Assembly: GCA_964016885.1 (NCBI GenBank)
Contig: OZ024740.1
Span: 100,812,001 to 100,876,000, forward strand
Direction: 5' to 3'
Length of the DNA: 64,000 bases
Origin: Eledone cirrhosa
Lineage: Eukaryota
Shown here: positions 14,202 through 33,185 of the stretch, piece by piece
Numbering within the stretch: the first letter of the stretch is position 1
Layout: the number at the start of each line of letters is the position of its first letter
Position numbers and translations under genes: made by a program
Notes under the pieces: generated by a model
Told to the model about the DNA's origin: nothing
What the model saw: only the letters and a program-made list of their open reading frames with translations
Databases searched by the model: none

Positions 14202-14604
14202 CATACTATATGTTGTAACTGAAACAATTATATTATATATAGTGTGATTTTTACCAGAAAAATATTAAAAAAACGTAATGTATTCACTTTTCATCAACTT
14301 TCTTGAGACATGGTCACCAACACAATTCCACTGTGCAACTGTAATCTTTGTCAGTGATCAGGCAACAAAGATGCACATGAAAATTGTAATAACACAAAAC
14401 AAATGAAAAGTGAATATTGAAAAATATTGTCCTGGATAAACTAATACACAATGCTTTCCTCTTAAAAGAACAGGATAATTGTACGTGGAATATTTTTGAT
14501 TACAGGGCTGCCCTTGGTATAAATATAACATAAATGTACAGTAATTATCAACTGAGTACAACTCTGGCTTGCAGGGAAATTAGACATTAAATGATGATAA
14601 GGAT

Positions 14605-15213
14605 GACCATCACCACCACCACCATCACCACCATCATCACCACCATCACCACCATCACCACCATCACAATCACCATCATCACCACCACCACCACCATCAC
14701 CCCCACTATGACCACCACCACCATCACCATTACCACCACCACCACCATCACCACCATCACCACCACCATCATCACCACCAACCACCACCACCACCACCAC
14801 CACCATCACCACCACCATCATCACCACCAACCACCACCACCATCACCACCACCATCACCACCACCATCACCATCACCACCATCACCACCACCATCATCAC
14901 CACCATCACCATCACCACCACCACCACCACTACCATCACCACCACCATCATAACCACCATCACCACCTCCACCACCACCACCACCACCATCACCACCATC
15001 ACCACTACTACCACCACCCCCACCACCATCACCACTACCACCACCATCACTACCACCATTACCTCCATCACCACCACCACCACCACCATCACCACCACCA
15101 TCACCACCACCAACACAATCATCAACACCATCACCACCATCACCACCATCACCATCACCACCATCACCACCACCACCACCATCACCACCACCATCACCAC
15201 CACCATCACCATC
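14605..15213. repeat. (CAC/CAT)n trinucleotide microsatellite
   Basis: About 600 bp of imperfect CAC/CAT repeats. Confidence 0.95.
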
Positions 15214-15371
15214 CCCTCCTCCTGAATGTCTTATGCCTACTTCTTCTTTGATTTTGCTATTTCATCATCATCATCATTTAATGTCTGTTTTCCTTGCTAG
15301 CAATGATTCTACTATATCTATCTCGTGTCTTCCTTCATATTTCACTGGGAGGATAAAGTTGTAAAACAAGT

Positions 15372-15560
15372 ATAATGATACTATGTTAATTTAAATCTAA
15401 ATTAAATTAATTCAAAATGGATGTGGTTAATTTGGACTTACTGAAATAAACTCAGCAGTTCTAGGGAACTGGAAAAAAATAATCAAGATATTTATATAAT
15501 TAGAATAATTATAACAAGTATGTGAATAGAAATAAAATTTAAATAATGTTTAAAAACTAG
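15372..15560 (+). repeat. Dispersed ~190-bp repeat, second copy at about 19358-19545
   Basis: aatgatactatgttaatttaaatct..ttactgaaataaactcagcagttct..ggaactggaaaa present at both sites. Confidence 0.75.
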
Positions 15561-16213
15561 GTTTTTAGTCATGCAACTAACCATTGTCGACATAACATGG
15601 TTAGTTGCATGACCAAAATCCTTTAGTATTCTTTTTATCTTTCTTAAGGCAGGCTGTAGTAATAGCAACAACAGGGAAAATTCCAACAGGATCATTTCTG
15701 CTTAATGAACATATACTTCATAATGAACATATACTAGGTCAGTTCAAATTCAAAGGCAGCCGAGAGGTTAACTTTGCCTTTCATCGTTATGGGGTCGATA
15801 AAATAAAGCACCAGTAATGTACAAAAGTAGAAACAATTATTTCAGGTAGTGTATGTAGCATTACATTAGCAAATGTGTCTTTCATTTTTGAAAACTGTTG
15901 AGGATGATTCTTAACATATTTGGCTGCTATTTCTAGGAGCTTGAGTGACTGCTTGAAATTGCTTTTAAGACAATTGAGTAACCATGTAGAGACACATATA
16001 TGATAGTAAAATGACCGTGTGAGATTTCCCTTAAGATATTTGAGTGACTACATAGAAGTGTATTTAATAATCGAGAGAGCAAGTATGATCCTGCTTAAGA
16101 GAGCTGAGTAACAACATAGAATCTCACATATGTCCCAATAAATGAACATTATGCAAATTAGTTACACAGTGACGATGATGATGATGACATAAACACACAC
16201 ATGTATATATACA

Positions 16214-16552
16214 TGGAGGCACATGGCTTAGTGGTTAGAGCATTGGCCTTGCAATCGAAAGGTTGTGAGTTCAATTCTCAGACCGGGTGATGTGTTGTTT
16301 CCTTGAGCAAGACACTTTATTTCACATTGCTCCAGTTTACTCAGCTGTAGAAATGAGATGATAGGGACTGAGGTCCCTATCATTCCACTGCAAAGTGGTC
16401 GTGGAGGCGCCACAGCAAAAAAGCACCCAGCACTCACTGTAAATGAGGTTGGTGTTAGGAAGGGCATCCAGCTGTAGAAATCAAGCCAGAATCAGTTCCT
16501 GCCCCACCCTTGCAAACAAGGAAAAAGCGGACGTATAATGAAATGAAATGAA
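16214..16552 (+). mobile_element. tRNA-derived CORE-like SINE family 2 with RTE-derived 3' tail
   Basis: A box tggcttagtgg, B box gagttcaattc, ccttgagcaagacactttatttc; tail ggtgttaggaagggcatccagctgtagaaa shared with the RTE at 30400-30550. Confidence 0.88.
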
Positions 16553-16564
16553 TATATATATATT

Positions 16565-17130
16565 TGCCACAAAATTCTCTAAATGGCTATAAAAAAATTC
16601 CAGAATACGGGTGCGAAATTTAATGTACTTGTTCACGTGACAGCCATAATTTCATTTATAACCAATCAAATTACATTTATAAAAAAAAGGCTTCGTGAGC
16701 CACTTTTTTCAAGTAAAAAGAAATTCAAACACAAACTAGCACGAAAGCTGATGTGTTTATTCACGTGACTGCATGAATCAACCAAACTTCACTCATATAT
16801 GAAAAAAATAACCTGAGCCCCTCCCCCCCCCCTTGTTTGAAGAACTTTGTAACCCGAACTGGTGCAAAATTTATTATACTTATTCACCAACCAATCAAAT
16901 TACTTCTCTAAAAACCTGGCATTTCGAGCCACTTTTTTCCATATAAAACAAGTAACATTCAAAGACCAACCAGATGTGAGAAAAACCACAGACCCTCCAT
17001 CTCAACTACTCTAATTGTGAAAATCAGAAGAACTGCGAAACCGGTAAAGGAACCAAATAAATAAATATATATTTTTTTTAAAAAAGACTCCAGTTGCATT
17101 TTCGATTTCATCTTTTTTCCTTATATTTTC
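16565..17130 (+). repeat. Orphan copy of the PLE 3' region also found at 52300-52790
   Basis: Long co-linear match from caaaattctctaaa to gactccagttgcattttcgatttcatctttttt. Confidence 0.8.
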
Positions 17131-17146
17131 ACTTGTGTAGGACACA

Positions 17147-17541
17147 TCAAGAGAAGAAGTTGGACGCATTCGATTCCAGGTGTCTGCGAAAGATCCTGGG
17201 GATTAAATGGAGTGACCATGTAACAAACCAGGAAGTCAGGAACCGCACCAACCAGCAGCTAGTCTCTTCTGCCATCTGCAAGCGACGCCTGGGCTGGTTT
17301 GGGCACGCTTTGAGACTTCCCCCGGAGAGACTGGCAAACCAAGTACTTAAATGGAACACACAGGGAAGCAGACGGAGAGGGCGACCCAAAATGAACTGGC
17401 GCCAGACAGTTGAGAGAGACCTGCGAGCGACAAACAGACAATGGCGGGACACTGTGCAACTGGCTGCTTACCGAACGCGGTGGAACACTATGATTGCCTC
17501 ATGCGTCGCAAGACGTGGGAGCTTCTGAGTCTGAGTCTGAG
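17147..17541 (+). mobile_element. 5'-truncated RTE LINE (third family) with (ctgagt)n tail
   Basis: LDAFDSRCLRKILGIKWSD..RRLGWFGHALR..GRPKMNWRQTVERDL; possible TSD ggacac/gaacac. Confidence 0.88.
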
Positions 17542-17581
17542 AACACCTCAGTTATTTTTCATTTTGTAAAAAAAACCTAAC

Positions 17582-17630
<49 letters not shown>

Positions 17631-17948
17631 GTGTGCGTAGATAAATCTACCAAAATATACGGTAGTGTCCAATCCGTATGAAGAACTCAATGTAATCCAA
17701 ATATGAAAAGAGAAGATGCATTAAAAAATATTTGATGAAAATCACAGGAAAACAGAGTCAAGATAAATTAATAAAAACATTGAATAAAAACAAAGAACAA
17801 GTTCCTTATATTAAAAAATTCATCATTTTACGATCGTTTCTAGAATATATATGTGTGTTGGTATGTATATCATAGATCTATGTAAAAAATATTTCAAACT
17901 ATCAGAGGAAATATACATACCTTCACATATATATGCTGTCTTCAGAAA

Positions 17949-18133
17949 TAATTGTTTCTACTTTAGGCACAAGGCCAGCAATTACCCAGTACATTACTGG
18001 TACTTTATTTTATCGACCCCGTAAGGATGAAAGGCAAAGTCAACCTCGGCGGAATTTGAACTCAGACCGTAAAGGAACGTAACTATGCTGGAAAGCATGG
18101 TGTCCGACCCTCTACTGATACTGCCAATCCACC
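17949..18133 (-). mobile_element. SINE family 1 copy
   Basis: Reverse complement of 535-720. Confidence 0.85.
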
Positions 18134-18199
18134 GTCAAACCGTCTTCAGAAATAATCATATTTATATATATATAAATATGGCTTAGTGGTTAGATATAT

Positions 18200-18675
18200 A
18201 TGGTTTAGTGGTTAGAGCATTGGCCTTGCAATCGAAAGGTTGTGAGTTCAATTCTCAGACCGGGTGATGTGTTGTTTCCTTGAGCAAGACACTTTATTTC
18301 ACATTGCTCCAGTTTACTCAGCTGTAGAAATGAGATGATAGGGACTGGGGTCCATATCATTCCACTGCAAAGTGGTTGTGGAGCTGCCACGACAAAAAAG
18401 CACCCAGCACTCACTGTAAATGAGGTTGGTGTTAGGAAGGGCATCCAGCTGTAGAAATCAAGCCAAAATTAGTTCCCGTACCACCCTTACAAGCAGGGGA
18501 AAAGCGGACGTAAAATGGAGGTGCCACCACAAAAAAGCACCCAGCAACAAATGTAAATGACGTTGGTGTTAGGAAGGGCATCCAGCTGTAGAAATCAAGC
18601 CAAAATCAGTTCCCGTACCACCCTTGCAAGCAGGGGAATAGCGGACGTAAAATGAAATGATGATGAAATGATGAT
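18200..18675 (+). mobile_element. SINE family 2 with duplicated tail
   Basis: Full copy to about 18515, then the tail is repeated to 18675. Confidence 0.85.
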
Positions 18676-19037
18676 ATATATATATATATATTGTTATATT
18701 TGGGGAGGGTCATGTTGTTATAATATTGCCACTTGCAAAACAAATACATAGCCATTGCAGCACAAGCATATATATATTCATTTATATGATGATTGATGAT
18801 AATAACGATTTCCATAGACACACAAACACACACATATATATATAAACTAACAAAATTATACCATTGTTTAAATATACAACTGGATTCAATTAGTGATTAG
18901 CTGAAACATATACAATGTGGCTCCTAAAAAAATTATTCTATACACAATTTCAAGGCTGTTCTGAAACCAATGTTTTGATTTGTATCTAAAGCAATAACAT
19001 TAATGTAAACAATGTTTACAAATGTAAACAATGAGGG

Positions 19038-19225
19038 CGGTGGATTGGCAGTATCGGTAGAGGATCGGGCGCCATGTTTTGACGCATAGAGTTACGGCCC
19101 TTGCCATTCTGAGTTCAAATCCCGCCAAGGTTAACTTTGCCTTTCATCCTTACGGGGTCGATAAAATAAAGTACGAGTAATGCACTGGTTAATTGCTGGC
19201 CTTGTGCCAATAGTAGAAACAATTA
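19038..19225 (+). mobile_element. SINE family 1 copy
   Basis: Match to 535-720. Confidence 0.85.
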
Positions 19226-19722
19226 ATGCAAACAATGTTTTCTGACTTATATGAAAGCATAGAAAACTAGGTTTACATGAGTTAGACTTCAGAAGTATAT
19301 GGAATAATATTTATTGAGATGTGTGCTAAGTTAATTGGGATCTGAATTAAATTAATTCAATGATACTATGTTAATTTAAATCTAGATTAAATTAATTCAA
19401 AATGGATGTAGTTAATTTGAACTTACTGAAATAAACTCAGCAGTTCTGAGGAACTGGAAAAGAATAAACAGGAGATTTACATAATTAGAATAATTAAAAC
19501 AACTTTGAGAACAGAAATGAAATTTAAATAAGGTTTAAAAAATTGTTTTTAAAGTTAAAGCCTATAAATAGGTATAATAGAAACATATATGAACAATGCA
19601 ATTTTGTAGAAACCTATAATATATAAATATCTTGTAAGTTTGTACACAAAAGTAAAAATATATAGAGAGAGTAACACATGAGAAATGTAAAATTAATAAC
19701 CAAATTAAATAAAGGCTTACAA

Positions 19723-20025
19723 TGGAGGCACATGGCTTAGTGGTTAGAGCATTGGCCTTGCAATCGAAAGGTTGTGAGTTCAATTCTCAGACCGGGTGAT
19801 GTGTTGTTTCCTTGAGCAAGACACTTTATTTCACATTGCTCCAGTTTACTCAGCTGCAAAGTGGTCGTGGAGGTGCCACGGCAAAAAAGCACCCAGCACT
19901 CACTGTAAATGAGGTTGGTGTTAGGAAGGGCATCCAGCTGTAGAAATCAAGCCAGAATCAGTTCCCGTCCCACCCTTGCACGCAGGGAAAAGCGGACGTA
20001 AAATGATGATGATGATGATGATGAT
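19723..20025 (+). mobile_element. SINE family 2 copy with internal deletion
   Basis: Match to 16214-16552. Confidence 0.85.
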
Positions 20026-20429
20026 CTAAAATAATAAAAACAATAAGGAAATAAAACAGAATAATTTTATAAATATGCAAGTACTGAAAAAAAGGGAATA
20101 TAATATATTGAATTATAATGGTGAGAGAGAATCTGAGCATATTTCAGTCATACTATTGACTACCTGTTGGTTATCCATGTAGCAAGCAGAGATTCAAAAG
20201 AAATGAAAATAGCTGAAAATCTACACATGCATCATTTAACAAAAGATGCTTTATTCAGACACCAAACAGTTCTTTCCAAATTCTGTTGCGAAAATTAGTG
20301 AAGAGTATTTCAAAGGTCTATGTGGCACATAAATACCAAGGTCTCTTGCTTTCAACATATGAAGGAATTGTGCACTGTTTGTCAAAAATCGCAAATCCCA
20401 TATCCAGGGCCTTCTTATGCCTGTTTGAG

Positions 20430-20660
20430 GAAACCCTGGTTGTACTCCACTGCTTCCTACCTCTAGCCATATTGGACCATGTGGGGCCACAGTATTGGGT
20501 CAGATCATCATGCTATCTCTGGTTCTTCTCCACAGCCTTAGTGTCCATTCTGTCACTTTAATAGTATACCTTTTGTCTCTAAAATAAAAGATGTGGCCAG
20601 CCCATCTATGTTTGCCTGTCTAGCTGGTCTTGATTATGCCAGTCTTCTGTCGAATCCAGG
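20430..20660 (-). mobile_element. Old RTE LINE 3' remnant
   Basis: Minus strand gives KHRWAGHIFYFRDKRYTIKVTEW. Confidence 0.55.
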
Positions 20661-22046
20661 TGTTACTCATCCTGCACTGTTTCTACTATTGTTTAAATTC
20701 ATTAGCAGAAAGATTAATATCTGTCTTAATTAAAGTTGCATTATGTAAATTGAATTGTTATACAATATCCTGAGTTAAGCAGTTGGAATTTAAGAAACAA
20801 TACCTATAGTGAGTGCAGTTGCAATTATTAGAGCTAGAGTCACCATTGATTTGCTTCAATTCAGCAAGGTTGAATTAACATATTTGATGCCAAATTTGGT
20901 GTGGAATATGAAACTTTAATGTGTTTTTATTGAAAATTCAACAGTAGTTATAATGGCTTTGTTGTAGATTAAAGAAAATCCTGCCTATATGAGCAAACAC
21001 ATGAAGCAATTGGTGTTTCTCTTTATATATGATTAACTGCTGTAGTATTTGATTGAATTTAATCATCTACTTCTGTATTGGGATTTATTGTAATGAGTCA
21101 AGAAATCCTTAAATAGATGTTCATTAGCAGAAATAGTTAATAGTCTAAATGTTACATTCCATACTAAATTATTCTTGATGGTCTCATTGTGGCCTGAGTA
21201 TTTAACTATACAGGTTAAGGCTTTATCAATTTTACACAATGGGTAGGTCAACTTATTGGCTAAATTAAACATTATATATAAGAAGTTATCTATGGCAAGG
21301 TTAGTTTCTAAGATGTTAAGTAGTTCTAGATTTAAAGAAAGGAAATCATTTCTATTTTTGTATGATCAGGAATTACAAATTGCACATGCAGGAAGTCACC
21401 ATCCTGATATAAACCACCCTCTGTAAATTAGAATCTATCTTTAAGATTAGGTAAACCAACAAATTATGTGATCTCAGCTAAATCATTTGCTTATATGCTA
21501 GCATAGAAAGTGGTGCTTATTTATTTTTAGAAAACAGTCATAATACATAACTGTTTTTCTAGAGATCATTATTATCTCTATCAAATTATCAGTTATGACA
21601 TTTGATATAGCAAAGGTGAGGACTTTAATTAGTGGAAGTTCGGTGATAGAAGTGTAGTACTCTTTAATATTGATTTGTAATAATTTGGAGTTAGACTTGT
21701 TTGGGTGAGAGGCAAGCTAATTAATGGCAGTGTATTTTTATTTATAGATCAATATACATATGAAGATACATGCATACACATGTATATGTGCCCACATATG
21801 AGTACACATATTCATATACTGAGGTATTGAAAAGTAAATGTTGTTGAAAATGCTCTTGAAATACTTTCATTCATTTATATAATGAAAACTGGTTTCAACA
21901 CTTTGATATGAGTATATATAAATATATAAATAAAGGGTGTGGGTAAAGACCTCTTTTGGTTATGAATAACGATGGGATTTACACCAAGAAAGGTCCCACA
22001 CATACATATCAGTTTCCGCTTTCCATGCCTCCAATGTTATCCTGCT

Positions 22047-22500
22047 CAATTCTCACCCGGTCTGAGAATTGAACTCACAACCTATTGATAGCAAGGCCAA
22101 TGCTCTAACCACTAACCCATGTGCCTCCATATATATATGTATATATATATATATCATCATCATCATCATCATTTCATTTTACGTCCGCTTTTTCCCTGCT
22201 TGCAAGGGTGGGACGGGAACTGATTCTGGCTTGATTTCTACAGCTGGATGCCCTTCCTAACACCAACCTCATTTACAGTGAGTGCTGGGTGCTTTTTTGC
22301 CGTGGCACCTCCACGACCACTTTGCAGTGGAATGATATGGACCCCAGTCCCTATCATCTCATTTCTACAGCTGAGTAAACTGGAGCAATGTGAAATAAAG
22401 TGTCTTGCTCAAGGAAACAACACATCACCCGGTCTGAGAATTGAACTCACAACCTTTCGATTGCAAGGCCAATGCTCTAACCACTAAGCCATGTGCCTCC
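22047..22500 (-). mobile_element. SINE family 2: full copy 22154-22500 plus head fragment 22047-22128
   Basis: Reverse complement of 16214-16552. Confidence 0.88.
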
Positions 22501-23142
<642 letters not shown>

Positions 23143-23198
23143 ATATATATATACATATATGTATATATCTATACATATATATATATATATATGTATAT

Positions 23199-23279
<81 letters not shown>

Positions 23280-23433
23280 TTGGAGCTCTGAAATAGCAAT
23301 ATATATATGGATGTATATATAATGTATTTTGCAATACACTTTATGCTTAATTAAAAGCATTTTGAAGACCGTAAGCTATTGTTTTAAAGTAGTGACAAAT
23401 TCACTTACTTTGATCTCAGCAAACAGGGGAGAT

Positions 23434-23477
23434 AAGCCGACAAGGCCTTGTTTTGCTTTTGTTGAAGCTTATCAAGG

Positions 23478-23480
<3 letters not shown>
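23434..23480 (-). ncRNA. Type I hammerhead, U3-A8 variant, G12 mutated; part of element 23275-23480 related to 46050-46265
   Basis: Minus strand: aagcc-TTGATAA-gctt..aagc-AAAA-caaggccttg-TC-ggctt. Confidence 0.65.
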
Positions 23481-23550
<70 letters not shown>

Positions 23551-23581
23551 GTATGTATATATATATGTATATATATATATG

Positions 23582-23640
<59 letters not shown>

Positions 23641-23647
<7 letters not shown>

Positions 23648-24690
23648 TAACAGATTAAAGTTTAAGCAAAGAATTGCTGCTTTCACCATTAACGGGATCT
23701 TCTGAAACTAACAAAGTCAATCTGTGAACGCAGGAGTGAATATTTCAAAAAACGTTGCAACCGGAGGAAGACAGGAAGACGATACTTTGCTTCGTGGAAA
23801 CGTTCCCTGGCAAATAACGGGGAAAAACGAATATAATACGTCATTATTTGGAGCGGTGAAAAACAATTACGCGCAAAGACAGAACCACGTTTATGGTATG
23901 AAAGAAGTTGTAGACTAATATTTTCTTAGGTGGTTCATAGAGATGTTCTCTGGCAATGAACGGAAAAAACGAAGATAATACGTCATATGTGGTGCGGGGA
24001 GAACAATTGCACGCAAAGACAAAACAAAGTAAATGGTATAACTGAAGTCGTAGACTAATATTCTATTAGGTGGTACATAGAGACGTTCTCTGGCAATAAT
24101 TTCAATAAACTCTGTATTTTATTTACTTTATTCTTAAGTCTGAAGCCGAGAATCATTCGGTTTCTTAGTTAGAATTTTAGTCTACCACTTCTGTTATACC
24201 ATTTACGTGGTTTTGTCTTTGCGTGCAATTGTTCTCCACCTCTACATATGACGTATTATCTTCGTTTTTTTTCGTTCATTGGCAGAGAACGTCTCTATGA
24301 ACCATCTAAGAGAATATTAGTCTACGATTTCTTTCATACCATAGACGTGTTTTTGTCTTTGCGTGTAATTGTTTTTCACCGCTCCAAATAATGACGTATT
24401 ATATTCATCTTTTCCCCTTCTTTGCCAGGGAACGTTTCCACGAACCAAAGTATCGTCTTCCTGTCTTCCTCCGGTTGAAAAGTTTTTTGAAATATTCACT
24501 TTTGCGTTCACAGATTGACTTTGTCAGTTTCAGAAGATCCCGTTAAGGGTGAAAGCAGCGTTTCTTTGCTTAAACTTTAATCTGTTATTTTAATAAATAT
24601 TTGCTCTACGGTTCTTATATATTTGATATATATTTATCCTTATCGAGCCATCTTTGGATTTTACTCTTCAAATTTATTATTATTACTATA
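23641..24690. mobile_element. Head-to-head fold-back of PLE 3' ends (family A, same as 47373-51180)
   Basis: Inverted arms at about 23641-24060 and 24175-24595; the right arm carries a ~95-nt extra tail; (TA)n on both sides. Confidence 0.85.
24526..24576 (+). ncRNA. Type I hammerhead, family A (CAGAAGA core); other copies 23659-23709(-), 41628-41678(-), 47399-47449(-), 51016-51066(+), 54264-54314(-)
   Basis: agttt-CAGAAGA-t-ccc(gttaa)ggg-t-GAAA-gca..tgc-TT-aaact. Confidence 0.7.
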
Positions 24691-24696
24691 TATATA

Positions 24697-24767
<71 letters not shown>

Positions 24768-24796
24768 CTATAAATGTATATATATATATATGTATA

Positions 24797-24829
<33 letters not shown>

Positions 24830-24967
24830 GTATGTATATATATATAACGGAGGAAATGTGGTAAGGAACCAGGGGGACCATAACGCACCAAAGTACTCAA
24901 TACTTAGGGTAGTAGATATATATATATATGTACACAAAATTACACAAATATGACCCTTTCCAAGTAT

Positions 24968-25712
<745 letters not shown>

Positions 25713-25728
25713 TATATGTATATATATG

Positions 25729-25797
<69 letters not shown>

Positions 25798-25874
25798 GTA
25801 TATACATATATATATATATATGTATATATATGTGTATATATATGTATATATATGTATATATATATGTATATATA

Positions 25875-26245
25875 TAATATTATAATGAAATGACAGGAGG
25901 CTGGACTTGTGTACATCCTTCACTGGTTTATTATACTATGATCATTTCAATGACCGGGTTCCGTATGAATCCGGTGATATCATCAGGTATTCGAAATATA
26001 ATAAATGAATGTAATAGATCAAATCCAAGGGGCTGAAAAATCAAAGACCGGAGGACGACCGCCATCCACCATCTTCCACCTTTGCCGGTCGCCCTGAAGA
26101 GAGGTGGCTAAAGCTTATGGTGTGCTACTACCGGTCAAATAGAGGAAAACAGAAAGGGAGAGGAAGATAAGCAGCGTTAATATCATGCCACAAGAAAAAG
26201 GACAGAAAGAAGGGGGAAGAGAAGGAAGAAAAGGAAGAAGAAGAA
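25875..26245 (-). mobile_element. Solo arm of family C terminal repeat with hammerhead at 25933-25990
   Basis: Diverged copy of 26283-26650. Confidence 0.75.
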
Positions 26246-26282
26246 CAGTCAGTATGTATATATATATATATATATATATAAT

Positions 26283-30644
<4,362 letters not shown>

Positions 30645-30671
30645 TATATGTATATATATGTATATATGTAT

Positions 30672-31394
30672 ATATAAGTATGTATACGTACTTACACATA
30701 TGTATATAGACGTACAGTAGTATGTATATATATATATACGTACATGCACACATATATATATGTACGCATGGATTTACCGAACATTTATTATAATGCTCGG
30801 TGTGTTTGTAAACAAACATCCCGAATTAAGCCGTACAGTGTCTAGCAACCATCGTTGCTCTTTTGTTCAACACTGACAAAGGAACGCTGTACTAGTTTCA
30901 AGCATATTAGCTATCGTCAGCAACGTATACCTTCCTCCCAGATGATTGAACGTCTGAAAGTATATACTTTCCTTATGCATATTAACGGCTGAGCAGCCTA
31001 ATTTGCATATCGAGTGAGTTAATCGGCCGGGCGCACCGAAAACGATAAACGGAAAAAAATGAAACGAAATTTTATTTCTCACTCTTAGTACGGCTGTTAC
31101 TTAAATATAAGTATGTATACGTACATATATATATGTATACAGACGTACAGTAGTATGAATATATATATACATACATGCACACATATATATATATATGTAC
31201 GTATGGATTCACCGAACATTTATTATAATGCTCGGTGTGTTTGTAAACAAACATCCCGAATTAAGTCGTACAGTCTATAGCAACCATCGTTGCTCTTTTG
31301 TTCAGCACGGACAAAGGAACGCTGTACTAGTTTCAAGCTTATTAGCTATCGTCAGCAACGTATACCTTCCTGCCAGATGATTGAACGTCTGAAA

Positions 31395-31397
<3 letters not shown>
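30672..31397 (-). mobile_element. Retrozyme-like tandem, 435-nt unit x ~1.7
   Basis: Direct repeat with period 435; one hammerhead per unit; no ORF. Confidence 0.75.
30885..30925 (-). ncRNA. Minimal type I hammerhead; second copy 31320-31360(-)
   Basis: Minus strand: cgttg-CTGACGA-t-agc..gct-t-GAAA-ctag-TA-cagcg. Confidence 0.82.
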
Positions 31398-31471
<74 letters not shown>

Positions 31472-31474
<3 letters not shown>

Positions 31475-33106
31475 TAAATCATGTCTTTAGAATCATCAGA
31501 TAATAAAATATATACTATTTCTTCTTCTAATTAGCATAATTAACAATATAAAAAATCAATTAGAACAAGCTATAAGAATAAATGCCCTTATGGGGAAATC
31601 TCCGACAAATAACCGAACGAAGCCTCTTCGCGGCGGCCTCAATCGCGTATTTATCCAACATTTCGACAGCATGTAGAAACTGACTAAATATACCATCAAC
31701 CATACACAATTAGGTGTAAAATTAAACTTAGAAGAAATGCGCACATACCGTAATTATATCTCTACCATGGTTTCTTCCTTATTTTTAGACATCCAAATAA
31801 TAGGAATGTCCTGAGTTAGGATTCATCAGGAGACAAACTCAAAATCAGACATCTAGTTTTTCAATCCTATCCCGCCAAAGATAGATTCAAAAATGGCTGA
31901 GAATCGCTATGTGGCTGTGGTCAAGCCAGAAAGAAAGAATGTGATTGGTTGCTTACGTCGGGTAGGCTTGCTGCTAGAAAGCGCAGCCAAATATCGCCAA
32001 ATTTAATCTCAACCTATTGGGAGATTATTAAATATAAAGGTTAACATATACATAAAGTTATAGATATATACATGTTGCAACTGGTCACTTTTAAGCTCTA
32101 TGAAGAATTAATAAATTAAAAAATCAGAGCAGTATATCATAAATCATGTCTTTAGAATCATCAGATAAATACTCGATTGAGGCCGCCGCGAAGGGGCTAC
32201 GTTCGGTTATTTGTCGGAGATTTCCCCATAAGAGCATTTATTCTTATAGCTTGTTCTAATTGATTTTTTATATGGTTAATTATGCTAATTAGAAGAATAA
32301 ATAGTATATATTTTATTATCTGATGATTCTAAAGACATGATTTATGATATATTGCTCTGATTTTTTAATTTATTAATTCTTCATAGAGCTTAAAAGTGAC
32401 CAGTTGCAGCATGTATATATCTATAACTTTATGTATATGTTAACCTTTATATTTAATAATCTCCCAATAGGTTGAGATTAAATTTGGCGATATTTGGCTG
32501 CGCTTTCTAGCAGCAAGCCTACCCGCCGTAAGCAACCAATCACATTCTTTCTTTCTGGCTTGACCACAGCCACATAGCGATTATTAGCCATTTTTGAATC
32601 TATTTTTGGCGGGATCAGATTGAAAAACTAGATGTCTGATTTTGAGTTTGTCTCCTGATGAATCCTAACTCAGGACATTCCTATTATTTGGATGTCTAAA
32701 AATAAGGAAGAAACCATGGTAGAGATATAATTACGGTATGTGCGCATTTCTTCTAAGTTTAATTTTACACCTAATTGTGTATAGTTGATGGTATATTTAG
32801 TCAGTTTCTACATGCTGTCGAAATGTTGGATAAATACTCGATTGAGGCCGCCGCGAAGAGCCTATGTTCGGTTATTTGTCGGAGATTTCCCCATAAGAGC
32901 ATTTATTCTTATAGCTTGTTCTAAGTGATTTTTTATATGGTTAATTATGCTAATTAGAAGAAGAAATAGTATATATTTTATTATCTGATGATTCTAAAGA
33001 CATGATTTATGATATATTGCTCTGATTTTATTTATTAATTCTTCATAGAGCTTAAAAGCGACCAGTTGCAACATGTATATATCTATAACTTTATGTATAT
33101 GTTAAC

Positions 33107-33112
<6 letters not shown>
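31472..33112. mobile_element. Retrozyme-like element, 665-nt unit, two greater-than-unit arrays joined head-to-head
   Basis: Period 665 in both arms (31472/32137; 32164/32829); junction microhomology GATAA at about 32164. Confidence 0.8.
32649..32727 (+). ncRNA. Type I hammerhead with long stem II; second copy 31757-31835(-)
   Basis: tgtctc-CTGATGA-a-tcct..gacattc..ggatgtc..agga-a-GAAA-ccatgg-TA-gagata. Confidence 0.82.

Positions 33113-33180
<68 letters not shown>

Positions 33181-33185
<5 letters not shown>

Noticed and set aside
14462-15212. Gly/Val/Thr/His/Pro-rich ORFs
   Set aside because: Products of a CAC/CAT microsatellite in several frames
16228-16467. Recurrent 79-aa ORF MPFLTPTSF... 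(also 18205, 22248, 58848)
   Set aside because: Antisense reading of SINE family 2, not a gene family
23724-23918. Recurrent 64-aa ORF in family A arms (also 24317, 47464, 50807)
   Set aside because: GTG start, antisense to the PLE 3' UTR; recurrence is explained by repeat identity
32095-32130. Second hammerhead of opposite polarity in the 665-nt unit (gctct-ATGAAGA..AAAA-TC-agagc)
   Set aside because: C3 and G12 are both wrong in all three copies and stems II/III are unconvincing, so no ambisense claim is made
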